A stretch of DNA of 54,816 bases from Minisyncoccota bacterium (GCA_028715395.1 JAQURY010000001.1:1-54816); one strand, 5' to 3'; positions 45,581 through 54,143 are shown, counted from the stretch's first letter. The notes: generated by a model not told the origin, from the sequence alone. Numbers and translations: made by a program.

Positions 45581-45609
45581 TTGAAAATTAAAGGGGTTTA
45601 TTGTATAAT
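45581..45609 (+). promoter_or_regulatory. near-consensus sigma70 promoter for tRNA-fMet
   Basis: TTGAAA (45581-45586), 17-nt spacer, TATAAT (45604-45609). The mature tRNA 5' end lies at 45615. Confidence 0.6.
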
Positions 45610-45614
45610 ACATT

Positions 45615-45687
45615 CGCGGGATGGAGCAGTGGTTAGCTCGTCTGGCTCATAACCAGAAGGTCGTTGGTTCAAGTCCAACTCCCGCAA
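45615..45687 (+). tRNA. initiator tRNA-fMet (CAT)
   Basis: C1:A72 mismatch and anticodon loop cTCATaa. Strong overall similarity to E. coli tRNA-fMet (CGCGGG.UGGAGCAG...GCUCAUAACC...AGGUCG..GGUUCAA.UCC...CCCGCAA). Confidence 0.9.
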
Positions 45688-45700
45688 CCGCGAAAAATGA

Positions 45701-45727
45701 AAAAGCAGCTCTTTGAGCTGTTTTTTC
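45701..45727 (+). terminator. terminator after tRNA-fMet
   Basis: cagctc ttt gagctg stem with A/T extension and tttttt. Confidence 0.7.
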
Positions 45728-45797
45728 ATTTGACAATAAAGATAAGTTATTTTAATCTATTTTGGCACGTTTAAAATTTATAATATAGGAGGACGGA

Positions 45798-46394
45798 ATG
45801 CCACCAGTAGCAGGCGAGAAAAGAGTCCCCAGGAATTACCACGCTGTAATCAGCAGAGAGATCGAAGGGAGGGCGGGAAAAAAATTCACGTACCGCGACA
45901 TAGTCTTGGCGACAGGACTGCCGGCGGGAGTTGTTTGTCGTTATCTATCGCTGTATTACAAAAAGGGGTATTTCCATCGTGAAAAGAAACAGGTAAAAAA
46001 TACGAGGCCCCTTATTGACGGCAACAGAGGGAATTTTCCTTTCAGATGGAAAACTCCCCGCAGTTGCGTGCGCTCTTTTTATTGGCAGAGAAAGCCCCTG
46101 CCGAAAATGGCGCGAGTAGGAGATGTCGTAGACGGCGTCTGGAAAGTTTTACAGGACGCCAGTCGTGTCGGCGCGTTTATTTCCGGAAAGGAGATCTGGG
46201 AAATAACTTGCGAATGTAAACGCAAGAGCATTATAAACGCGATGTCGCGGCTGTATCGGCTGGGATATCTTGACAGACAGAGCTCAAAATACAGATTGAA
46301 AAAGTGGTTTGAAGGGGAGAAGCGGCCGACGATGGTAAGTATTCCGAAGTATGAAATACTGCCTTCGGTCAGATATGCCAATGTCGCCTCCTAG
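45798..46394 (+). CDS. hypothetical protein with two winged-helix-like segments, GC-rich cassette D
   Basis: AGGAGG SD 7 nt upstream of the ATG. Two HTH-like stretches (FTYRDIVLATGLPAGVVCRYLSLYYKKGYFHRE and ISGKEIWEITCECKRKSIINAMSRLYRLGYLDRQ). The fold call is by pattern only. Confidence 0.5.
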   Translation: MPPVAGEKRVPRNYHAVISREIEGRAGKKFTYRDIVLATGLPAGVVCRYLSLYYKKGYFHREKKQVKNTRPLIDGNRGNFPFRWKTPRSCVRSFYWQRKPLPKMARVGDVVDGVWKVLQDASRVGAFISGKEIWEITCECKRKSIINAMSRLYRLGYLDRQSSKYRLKKWFEGEKRPTMVSIPKYEILPSVRYANVAS

Positions 46395-46408
46395 CGATTT
46401 AAAAATTC

Positions 46409-46445
46409 ATCCCCGCATTGTTCAACGCAACGCGGGGATTTTTTA
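46409..46445 (+). terminator. terminator after the first cassette D gene
   Basis: 8-bp GC-rich stem atccccgc / gcggggat plus an inner 3 bp, then a T-run. Confidence 0.65.
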
Positions 46446-46556
46446 TCCCGAAAAAGTTATCAACATATTGATTTATTTTCCAGTTGCCCTATTATTTTAT
46501 TTACAAGTTTTGTTTTTTTGAAAATAAAATATTTCAAATTAAAGGAGGGCGCCGGA

Positions 46557-46949
46557 ATGGACGATGGCAGTAGCGTCGGGGTTCGCGGAGCCCCAAAGGG
46601 AAAGTATAATCCTTCGGGGCAAAAAGTCGCTTACAAAGGCAGTGCGCTTAACGTGGTGTGGGAAATTTTTCAGACAATGGACAGGCCGTTGTTTGAAGAA
46701 GACGTTGCCCACTTCGCGGATATTTTTTCCGAAAAGAAATTCAGCGCAAGCAGAATCAAGGAGAAAATTTCTTTTTTGGAAGGAAGCGGCTGTTTTGAGC
46801 GGATCGGCGAGAAATATATTCTTAAACGGGAGTTTTTGAACAAAGGAATTCCCTTTGTGAAAAAGGAGGAAATAGAAAAATTGATGCAAGGAGAGCCGGC
46901 AAAGCAGGAAGAAAAACAGAAAGGCGGCTTTGTGTCGGCTTTACAATAA
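46557..46949 (+). CDS. hypothetical protein with one winged-helix-like segment, GC-rich cassette D
   Basis: GGAGGG SD 7 nt before ATG 46557 (track start is TTG 46518). SALNVVWEIFQTMDRPLFEEDVAHFADI...ISFLEGSGCFERIGEKYILK resembles a wHTH. Confidence 0.45.
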   Translation: MDDGSSVGVRGAPKGKYNPSGQKVAYKGSALNVVWEIFQTMDRPLFEEDVAHFADIFSEKKFSASRIKEKISFLEGSGCFERIGEKYILKREFLNKGIPFVKKEEIEKLMQGEPAKQEEKQKGGFVSALQ

Positions 46950-46956
46950 GCTTTCA

Positions 46957-46986
46957 GGCCCGGATTTAAAAAGTCCAGGCTTTTTG
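46957..46986 (+). terminator. terminator after the second cassette D gene
   Basis: Imperfect stem ggcccgga / tccaggc followed by ttttt. Confidence 0.45.
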
Positions 46987-47032
46987 TTTCTTGTCAAAAA
47001 TCCGATAATTCACTATTATTTTATATATAAAT

Positions 47033-47105
47033 GGCGGCGTAGCTCAGTGGTTAGAGCGATCGCTTCATAAGCGATAGGTCGGTAGTTCGATCCTACCCGC
47101 CGCTA
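47033..47105 (+). tRNA. tRNA with CAT anticodon: elongator tRNA-Met or tRNA-Ile2 (lysidine type)
   Basis: Acceptor ggcggcg/cgccgct, anticodon arm atcgc-ttCATaa-gcgat, T arm ggtag-ttcgatc-ctacc. It is not initiator-like, since 1:72 is paired. Met versus Ile2 cannot be decided by eye. Confidence 0.85.
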
Positions 47106-47109
47106 CTAG

Positions 47110-47793
47110 ATGACGGAAAAAATCAAAAATCATCCTTTTATAACAATTATATTGGTTATCGCGATAGCGGCTGGAGCTTATTTTTTATTAAATAAGGAAA
47201 AGACGTATTCTTATAGTTTTTCGGACTTCAGTTCCAGCACTGTTTTTTCCGGCGTTAAAAAAATTGGAGAAAAAGGGGCGGATTTTGTTTCAGAAAGCAT
47301 TTCGAAAGCCGCCAATGTTGTTGCGGATAAAACCGGAGAAATTGTTTCCGGAGCGGTTACAGCCGTCAAGCAGGAAGCTTTTAAGATTTTGAAAAATACG
47401 GTCAATAAGGAATTGGATAATCTTGGGGAAGATCTAAAAGTTGGCGATACAAATAAGCAGTTGCCGATGGAGGAGCCGTCGGCTGCCGGCCAGGCAAGCG
47501 CTATTAATATAATAGCGGGTTCGCCGTCTAACAATATAAATTCCCATCCCGAAATTAAATTTACCGTAAAAACCGGAGTTTTATCTTATTTTACAATTCA
47601 AAATGTTGAGGGAGAAACAATTATATATGATGTGAACTGGAAAGACGGCGCAACGGATAAAAATTCATTAAGCAAGGGCAGCATGGTCACTTTATCCCAT
47701 AGTTGGAGCAAAGAAGGCGATTTTTTGGTAGAATTTAATATAACGGCTTCGGGCGTGGAAAAAAATTATATTATACCCGTTACCGTATTTTAG
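47110..47793 (+). CDS. hypothetical membrane-anchored protein
   Basis: 227 aa with an N-terminal TM (FITIILVIAIAAGAYFLL) and a C-terminal beta-rich ~90 aa. No family recognised. Confidence 0.45.
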   Translation: MTEKIKNHPFITIILVIAIAAGAYFLLNKEKTYSYSFSDFSSSTVFSGVKKIGEKGADFVSESISKAANVVADKTGEIVSGAVTAVKQEAFKILKNTVNKELDNLGEDLKVGDTNKQLPMEEPSAAGQASAINIIAGSPSNNINSHPEIKFTVKTGVLSYFTIQNVEGETIIYDVNWKDGATDKNSLSKGSMVTLSHSWSKEGDFLVEFNITASGVEKNYIIPVTVF

Positions 47794-47794
47794 G

Positions 47795-48850
47795 ATGATT
47801 AAAAAAATAGAGGATTTAAAACTAAAAATTTTTAAACTTATTGAAGACGCGGCTGATGTCGCGGCTTTGGAGAATTTGCGTGTCCAATATCTTGGCAGGA
47901 AAGGGGAAGTTACCAATTTGCTTAAAACCTTGAAGGATATTTCCATTGAAGAAAGAAAAAAAGTGGGCCCGCAGCTTCAGACATTTAAAAAGGAAATTGA
48001 ATTGGCGCTTGACGACAAAGTGGGGAAATTTATGGAAATAGCGGCGGCGGCTCCGGAAATTGACATTACCATTCCCGGAAAGAAAATATCGGTGGGACAT
48101 TATCACCCGCTTTCTATAGTTGAAAAAGATGTCAGGAGGATTTTTAAGGCCATGAATTTTTCCGTGGTTGAGGGACCGGAAATTGAATCGGATTATTATA
48201 ATTTTGATGCGCTGAATATTCCCAAAAGCCATCCGGCACGGGATATGTGGGATACATTTTGGCTGCAAGATGGCCAGAAATTGGCAAAGGGCGGCGATAA
48301 GCTATCGGCTATAAGCCATAAGCTATTATTGCGCACCCATACTTCTCCTGTACAAATGCGTTACATGGAAACGCACAAGCCGCCTTTTCAAATAATTGTT
48401 CCGGGCAGAGTTTTCAGATATGAAGCTACAGACGCTTCCCATGAAACCAATTTCAATCAGATTGAAGGCTTGATGGTGGGCAAAGACGTGAATTTGGCTA
48501 ATTTTAAATTTGTGATTCAGGAGTTTTTTAAGCGCCTTTTCGGAAAAAATCTGGAAATTCGCTTAAGGCCCAGTTATTTTCCTTTTGTTGAACCCGGTTT
48601 GGAGGTTGATTTGCAATGCGTAAAGTGCGGAGGGAAAGGATGCAATATTTGCGGGAATAGCGGCTGGCTTGAAATAATGGGGGCCGGAATGGTGCATCCC
48701 AAAGTTTTTGAAGCGGCTCATTATAACCCCCGCGAATTACAGGGATTTGCTTTTGGCATGGGGCTGGAAAGAATCGCGATGATAAAATACAACATTCCAG
48801 ACATCAGGATGTTTTATTCCGGCGATTTAAGATTTATTAACCAATTTTAA
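47795..48850 (+). CDS. pheS: phenylalanine--tRNA ligase alpha subunit
   Basis: HPARDMWDTFW, class II motifs 2 and 3 (FRYEATDASHE, GFAFGMGLERIAM). An inserted CVKCGGKGCNIC zinc knuckle is present. Confidence 0.95.
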   Translation: MIKKIEDLKLKIFKLIEDAADVAALENLRVQYLGRKGEVTNLLKTLKDISIEERKKVGPQLQTFKKEIELALDDKVGKFMEIAAAAPEIDITIPGKKISVGHYHPLSIVEKDVRRIFKAMNFSVVEGPEIESDYYNFDALNIPKSHPARDMWDTFWLQDGQKLAKGGDKLSAISHKLLLRTHTSPVQMRYMETHKPPFQIIVPGRVFRYEATDASHETNFNQIEGLMVGKDVNLANFKFVIQEFFKRLFGKNLEIRLRPSYFPFVEPGLEVDLQCVKCGGKGCNICGNSGWLEIMGAGMVHPKVFEAAHYNPRELQGFAFGMGLERIAMIKYNIPDIRMFYSGDLRFINQF

Positions 48851-48853
48851 TTT

Positions 48854-50821
48854 ATGAAATTCAGCTTTTCTTTAATTAAAAAATTAGCGCCGGGAAAATA
48901 TACCAAGCAGGATTTAATCGAGAAATTAAATATCTATTCTTTTGAGGCGGTTGATTTTGGCGAAGATGTCATTGAAATCGGCGTATCGGCAAACCGTTAT
49001 TCTGACGCGGCATCTCATATCGGAATTGCCAGAGAAGTCGCGACAATTTACGGAACGCCGTTAAAACTTCCTGATATTGATTCTCTGAAATTTGATTTTA
49101 AAAATACGGGAGTATTTACCGTAAGCGTAAAAGACGCAAAAATGTGCCCGCGATACATGGCGGCTTATGTTACGGACGTGAAAGTCGGTCCGTCGCCGGA
49201 TTGGATGAAAGATGTTTTGGAGTCCTGCGGATTGCGGCCGATAAATAATGTTGTGGATATTATGAATTATGTAATGCTGGAAATCGGCCAGCCGATGCAC
49301 GCTTTTGATGCAGATAAGGTGAAGGGGGGAATTATTGTCCGTCATGCCGAAGAAAAAGAAAAAATAAAAACTCTTGATGGCGGAGATTTTACTTTAAGCA
49401 AACACAATCTTGTGATAGCCGATAATGACCGGGCGTTGGCGATTGCGGGAATCAAGGGGGGAGAGTTCAGCGGAGTCACAATGAAAACAGCCAGGCTTTT
49501 GGTGGAAGCGGCGAATTTTGACGGTACGGGAATTTATAATTCCTCGCGTTTATTGAATTTGAAAACGGATGCATCTCTCCGTTTTGCGCATAATCTTAGT
49601 CCGGCTTTGGCAGAAATGGGAATCAAGCGAGCTTTGAAACTTTTGAAAGATCTGGCTGGCGCCAAAATTTATAAAATTGATGATGTTTATCCGAAGAAGC
49701 AGGCGAAAGAGGTTATTAAGCTTGATTTGGCCAAATTGGAAAAATTTATCGGCGCGCAATTCAAGCCCGCGGAAGTGTCAAAAACCTTAAAAAGTCTTGG
49801 TTTCGCCCAGATGAAAGATTTATGGTCAGTGCCGCTTGTCAGAGCCGATGTCGTTAATTTTGAGGATTTGGCGGAAGAAGTGGCGAGATTCAGCGATTAT
49901 AACAAGCTTGAATATGTTCCTCCGCATATTGCTCTGGGAATCGCCGAAGAAGATGAGGAAATAATTTTGAAAGACAAAATCAGGAAATTTTTCACGGCCG
50001 CCGGTTTCAGCGAAGTTTATAATTATTCTTTTTCTTCAAAAGAGGAGGTTTCTGCGGCGCCTAGGATTTTTGGCGACAATGAGCCTGTTGTTTTAGCCAA
50101 TCCAATGAGCAATCAATTCGCTTTTATGCGGGACAGTTTGTGTCCGGCAATCGTGAAAAATCTCAAAAGCAATTCCAGGTTTTATGATGAGGTCAGAATT
50201 TTTGAAATAGGAAATATTTTTGGAAAAGCTGTTGATGGAAGCGTCGTTGAAAAACTGGCAATCGGCGCGGGCATTATCGCCAAGAACGGGCTTTTTGAAA
50301 TGAAAGGACTGGCGGATGCTTTATTCAGCCAGTTGGGATTAACCGATTATTCAATGATTGATTTGAATTTTCCCTCAAAACTTTTGAAGACCAGCGAGGC
50401 GTTACGGATAGAAACCGATCACACGGTACTGGGTTATTTGGGGACCGCCAATGGAACCAGAAAGGCCGCTGTTCTGGAATTTGATTTGGAAAAGCTGATG
50501 AACGCCGTAACCGAAGAAAGAGAATATGAGCCGATTTCAAAATACCCGGCCGTGGAAAGGGATTTGTCTATTTTAATTTCAAACGAAATTCGGGTGGGCA
50601 AAATTCTTGAACTTATACAAAGCGTTAATGCCCAGCTTATCAGAGATGTTGATTTGATAGATTTTTATGAAAACGACGAGCTCGGAGAAAATAAAAAAAG
50701 CCTGACTTTCAGGATAGTTTTTCAAGCGGATGACAGAACTTTGACTGACGAGGAAGTAAATAAAGAAATGGCCATTGTCAGCAAGGTGGTGGAAGACGAG
50801 TTTAACGCGGAATTGAGATAA
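48854..50821 (+). CDS. pheT: phenylalanine--tRNA ligase beta subunit (short form)
   Basis: B3/B4, B5 and FDX-ACB-like C-terminus (YPAVERDLSILI...). At 655 aa it appears to lack the N-terminal tRNA-binding (EMAP-like) domain. Confidence 0.9.
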   Translation: MKFSFSLIKKLAPGKYTKQDLIEKLNIYSFEAVDFGEDVIEIGVSANRYSDAASHIGIAREVATIYGTPLKLPDIDSLKFDFKNTGVFTVSVKDAKMCPRYMAAYVTDVKVGPSPDWMKDVLESCGLRPINNVVDIMNYVMLEIGQPMHAFDADKVKGGIIVRHAEEKEKIKTLDGGDFTLSKHNLVIADNDRALAIAGIKGGEFSGVTMKTARLLVEAANFDGTGIYNSSRLLNLKTDASLRFAHNLSPALAEMGIKRALKLLKDLAGAKIYKIDDVYPKKQAKEVIKLDLAKLEKFIGAQFKPAEVSKTLKSLGFAQMKDLWSVPLVRADVVNFEDLAEEVARFSDYNKLEYVPPHIALGIAEEDEEIILKDKIRKFFTAAGFSEVYNYSFSSKEEVSAAPRIFGDNEPVVLANPMSNQFAFMRDSLCPAIVKNLKSNSRFYDEVRIFEIGNIFGKAVDGSVVEKLAIGAGIIAKNGLFEMKGLADALFSQLGLTDYSMIDLNFPSKLLKTSEALRIETDHTVLGYLGTANGTRKAAVLEFDLEKLMNAVTEEREYEPISKYPAVERDLSILISNEIRVGKILELIQSVNAQLIRDVDLIDFYENDELGENKKSLTFRIVFQADDRTLTDEEVNKEMAIVSKVVEDEFNAELR

Positions 50822-50878
50822 ATTGCGGGGAGTTGACTCTGAAAAATAAAGATTGTAAACTATAAACTACTTATGTTA

Positions 50879-51214
50879 ATGATCCGATTACAGCGCAGAG
50901 GAAAGATTCGCCAGGCGACCTTTCGTTTGGTTGTGGGAGAAAAGAAATCAAAACTTAAAGGGGAACAGCTTGAAGAATTGGGCTGGTTTGATTCCAATCA
51001 AAATAAATCATCTTTTAATAAAGAGAGAATTTTGCATTGGATGAGCAAGGGCGCCAAATTGTCGCCAACGGTCAACAATCTTTTAATAGGCAGCAAAATT
51101 ATAGAAGGCAAAAAAATTGCCGTTCACAAACAGCCGAAAAAAGGAGAGGAGGCCAAGGCGGCCGAAGCTCCAAAAGAAGCGGCTCCGGCGGCAGAAGCCC
51201 CAAAGGCAGAGTAA
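50879..51214 (+). CDS. rpsP: 30S ribosomal protein S16 with Ala/Pro/Lys/Glu-rich C-terminal tail
   Basis: MIRLQRRGKIRQATFRLVV matches the S16 N-terminus. The start is ambiguous between 50873 and 50879. Confidence 0.85.
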   Translation: MIRLQRRGKIRQATFRLVVGEKKSKLKGEQLEELGWFDSNQNKSSFNKERILHWMSKGAKLSPTVNNLLIGSKIIEGKKIAVHKQPKKGEEAKAAEAPKEAAPAAEAPKAE

Positions 51215-51222
51215 GATTTAGA

Positions 51223-51251
51223 TTGACAAAATCAGTTTTATTTGTTATAAT
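51223..51251 (+). promoter_or_regulatory. consensus sigma70 promoter upstream of KH-trmD
   Basis: TTGACA (51223-51228), exactly 17 nt, TATAAT (51246-51251). Confidence 0.65.
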
Positions 51252-51318
51252 ATAAAAATTAAATTAGCGATTGAAAATTAATTGAAAAGGTCGCAGATAA
51301 GTAATAAAGAAAATCAGA

Positions 51319-51627
51319 ATGGCTAATCAAGCATCAGATCAGGAATTCTTGGAATATTTAGTAAAATCCATAGTAGAAAATCCTGACAAAGTCCAAGTGG
51401 AACGCAAGGTAGATGAAATGGGAGTGCTTCTTTCTTTGAAAGTTGCTCCTCAGGATATGGGCCTTATCGTTGGCCGCCAGGGTTCCACCGCAAAAGCTAT
51501 TCGTTCTCTTTTGAGAATCGTCGGTATCAGAAATAATGCCCGCGTAAATCTCAAGATCGAGGAACCGGAGGGTTCAACCCACGTTCCGAGACCGAGAACC
51601 GAAAGAGCTCCAGAATCAGGATTTTAA
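51319..51627 (+). CDS. KH-domain RNA-binding protein (YlqC/UPF0109 family)
   Basis: The GLIVGRQGSTAKAIRSLL GxxG KH motif, and the classical position between rpsP and trmD. Confidence 0.8.
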   Translation: MANQASDQEFLEYLVKSIVENPDKVQVERKVDEMGVLLSLKVAPQDMGLIVGRQGSTAKAIRSLLRIVGIRNNARVNLKIEEPEGSTHVPRPRTERAPESGF

Positions 51628-51646
51628 GATTTTAAAACTTAAAAAT

Positions 51647-51675
51647 AAAAAGCCACACACCGTGGCTTTTTATTT
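51647..51675 (+). terminator. hairpin after the KH gene
   Basis: aaagccac acacc gtggcttt followed by ttatttttc. Confidence 0.65.
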
Positions 51676-51705
51676 TTCTAAGACAAAAGTTATACTTACA
51701 TTATT

Positions 51706-52344
51706 ATGAAATTTGATATCATTACAATTTTTCCCAAAATCTTAGATTCTTATTTCCAAGAGTCCATTTTAAAGCGCGCTCAGAAAAACGGCTTGATTGA
51801 AATAAAAACCCATAATTTGCGGGACTTTACCGCCGATAAGCATCATAAGGTTGACGATTCGCCGTACGGAGGCGGGCCGGGAATGGTCATGAAAGTTGAG
51901 CCGATTGTTAAAGCAATTGAGAGCGTCAAGCGTCAGGCATCGGGCATTAAGAAATCCAGAGTAATTTTATTTTCTTTGCGCGGGAAAAAATTTGACCAAA
52001 AAGAAGCCCATCGTTTGTCCAAATATAAACAATTGATTTTTATTTGCGGGCGTTACGAGGGGATAGACGAACGGGTGGCGGAATATGTCGCTGACGAAGA
52101 AATTTCAGTAGGCGATTATATTTTATCGGGCGGAGAATTGCCCGCGGCCGTCGTGATTGAAGCGGTTTCAAGATTGATTCCGGGAGTATTGGGAAAACAC
52201 GAATCGCTTGAAGAATTAAAAGGTTCGTACGCGGTTTATACGCGTCCCGAAGCCGTAAAAGTCAAAAATAAAACAAGAAAAGTTCCCAAAGAACTGCTTT
52301 CGGGAAATCATAAGGAAATAGAACGCTGGAGGAACGGGCAATAA
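51706..52344 (+). CDS. trmD: tRNA (guanine37-N1)-methyltransferase
   Basis: FDIITIFP start, GGGPGMVMK and ICGRYEGIDERV motifs. Confidence 0.92.
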   Translation: MKFDIITIFPKILDSYFQESILKRAQKNGLIEIKTHNLRDFTADKHHKVDDSPYGGGPGMVMKVEPIVKAIESVKRQASGIKKSRVILFSLRGKKFDQKEAHRLSKYKQLIFICGRYEGIDERVAEYVADEEISVGDYILSGGELPAAVVIEAVSRLIPGVLGKHESLEELKGSYAVYTRPEAVKVKNKTRKVPKELLSGNHKEIERWRNGQ

Positions 52345-52390
52345 TAAGCACTTGTCTTATCGGAAATAATTTAATATAATATAAACTTAT

Positions 52391-53143
52391 ATGAAAGAAA
52401 CAATCTTAGCCGATTTAAACCAGGAAAGCAGCGGAGAAAATTCCGCCGATTTGGCGATTTTGGAGGAAATGATGAAAGCCGGACTTTCCGGCGGACGCGG
52501 GAAAGCGAAAACTCATCCCCGGATGAAGCCTTTTATTTTTACAACCCGCAACGGAATGGAGGTTATTGATTTGCACCAGACATTGCAGTTTTTGAATAAT
52601 GCCCTTGAATTTATCAAGGAAAAATTAACCGATAAGAAAAATCTTTTATTGGTTGGAACGACTCCGGCTTCCAAGGCCGCGGTTGAAGAGTTTGCCAAAA
52701 AGCACGGCTGCGCGTATGTAACCGAAAGGTGGCTTGGCGGAATTCTTACGAATTACAAAACTCTTTCCAAAAGAATCAGCCATTTCAAGAAATTAAAAGA
52801 AGGGCGTTCTTCGGGAAAGTTTGAAAAATACACCAAAAAAGAAAGATTGGATATAGACAGAGAAATAGAAAAGCTTCATACCAAATTCAGCGGAGTGGAA
52901 AATATGGAAAAGCTCCCTGAGATTGTTTTTGTTATCGATGCTTCCCATCATATGACGGCCGTCAAAGAAGCGAAGATATTGAAGATTCCGGTAGTGGCGA
53001 TGATAAGCACGGATATTAATCCGGAAATTATTGATTATCCGATTCCTTCCAATGACCGCAGCAAGTCGGCAATTGAATGGGTTTTGGGAAAACTGGAAGA
53101 AGTGATTGGTAAAATAAAAGAAAAAAAGATAGAATCTAAATAA
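52391..53143 (+). CDS. rpsB: 30S ribosomal protein S2 (with N-terminal extension)
   Basis: PRMKPFIFTTRNGMEVIDL, LLVGT, YVTERWLGGILTN and IPVVAMISTD match S2. Confidence 0.9.
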   Translation: MKETILADLNQESSGENSADLAILEEMMKAGLSGGRGKAKTHPRMKPFIFTTRNGMEVIDLHQTLQFLNNALEFIKEKLTDKKNLLLVGTTPASKAAVEEFAKKHGCAYVTERWLGGILTNYKTLSKRISHFKKLKEGRSSGKFEKYTKKERLDIDREIEKLHTKFSGVENMEKLPEIVFVIDASHHMTAVKEAKILKIPVVAMISTDINPEIIDYPIPSNDRSKSAIEWVLGKLEEVIGKIKEKKIESK

Positions 53144-53589
53144 TGGCGAAAACAGAGGACATTCAAAAATTAAGAGAGATGACCGGTGCGGGAGTCATGG
53201 ATTGCATGAAGGCGCTGAAAGACGCTAATGGCGATTTCGACAAAGCTCAGGAATTAATAAACGAAAGAGGCCTTATAAAAGCCGAAAAAAAGAGTTCTAG
53301 AACTACCGGAGCGGGAATTTTGGAGTCTTATATTCATAACGAAAGAGTAGGCGTTCTTTTGGAATTGCGCTGCGAAACCGATTTTGCCGCCCACTCGGAT
53401 CCTTTCAAAGAATTGGCCCATAATTTGGTTATGCACATTGCGGCTATGGATCCTGAAAACGTTGAGGCGCTTTTGGCCCAGCCTTATGTTAAAGATGAAT
53501 CTTTGACAGTTGAAAATTTCATTAAGCAGACAACCGCCAAAGTTGGCGAGAATATTCAAGTTGGCCGTTTCATGAGATACGAGCTTTAA
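53143..53589 (+). CDS. tsf: elongation factor Ts (short form, 148 aa)
   Basis: UBA-like N-terminus IQKLREMTGAGVMDCMKALKDANGDFDKAQELI, and ESYIH...GVLLELRCETDFAA. The start overlaps the rpsB stop. Confidence 0.85.
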   Translation: MAKTEDIQKLREMTGAGVMDCMKALKDANGDFDKAQELINERGLIKAEKKSSRTTGAGILESYIHNERVGVLLELRCETDFAAHSDPFKELAHNLVMHIAAMDPENVEALLAQPYVKDESLTVENFIKQTTAKVGENIQVGRFMRYEL

Positions 53590-53688
53590 AAAGATGAATA
53601 CTCCGACGGTTGTCGGAGTGCTCAATGTTGTTATTAAATTTATGTCGTTCAACATTGGGTTTCACTAATAAATTTAAACAACATTGGC

Positions 53689-54054
53689 ATGTACGACTTT
53701 ATTCTTCAAATTTTTGTAATGTCGAGCTTGGCGATAATGATTTACATGGTTGCCAGGAATATTCCGCGTGTCAGCGAAGTAAATATCTCCTCGGGAAGGA
53801 AAAATCGCGTCAGCGAACTTTTTGAACGTATCCCGTGGCACAAGTTTGACGCTTTTGTTAATTCCATGAGCGAAAAATCATTGCGGAAATTAAAGCTATT
53901 TTTATTGAAAGCCGACAATTCGGTAAACAGGCAATTAAAAAAATTCAAATCTTCCGGAGAGAAAGAAATTTCCAAGCCGGATATCTTTTCTCAATCGTCT
54001 TCTGATAGTATTGAACAAAGTCAGAAGATTGATACAATAGAGCATAAGGAATAA
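53689..54054 (+). CDS. hypothetical small membrane protein
   Basis: 121 aa with an N-terminal TM (ILQIFVMSSLAIMIYMVA). It ends 2 nt before tRNA-Tyr. No family recognised. Confidence 0.4.
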   Translation: MYDFILQIFVMSSLAIMIYMVARNIPRVSEVNISSGRKNRVSELFERIPWHKFDAFVNSMSEKSLRKLKLFLLKADNSVNRQLKKFKSSGEKEISKPDIFSQSSSDSIEQSQKIDTIEHKE

Positions 54055-54056
54055 AT

Positions 54057-54142
54057 GGGCGCTTCGCATAGCGGCAATTGCATGTGGCTGTAGACCACAC
54101 GTCCTTGTGACTACGGGGGTTCGAGTCCCTCAGCGCCCACCA
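54057..54142 (+). tRNA. tRNA-Tyr (GTA), CCA encoded
   Basis: Acceptor gggcgct/agcgccc, anticodon arm tgtgg-ctGTAga-ccaca, 15-nt variable arm, T arm ggggg-ttcgagt-ccctc, 3' aCCA. Confidence 0.9.
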
Positions 54143-54143
54143 G

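Noticed and set aside
46079-46889. Overlapping ORFs 46079-46381 (-), 46539-46889 (-) and 46564-46839 (+) in cassette D
   Set aside because: The reasoning is the same as for the other cassettes. Only the annotated plus-strand frames have SD motifs and terminators.
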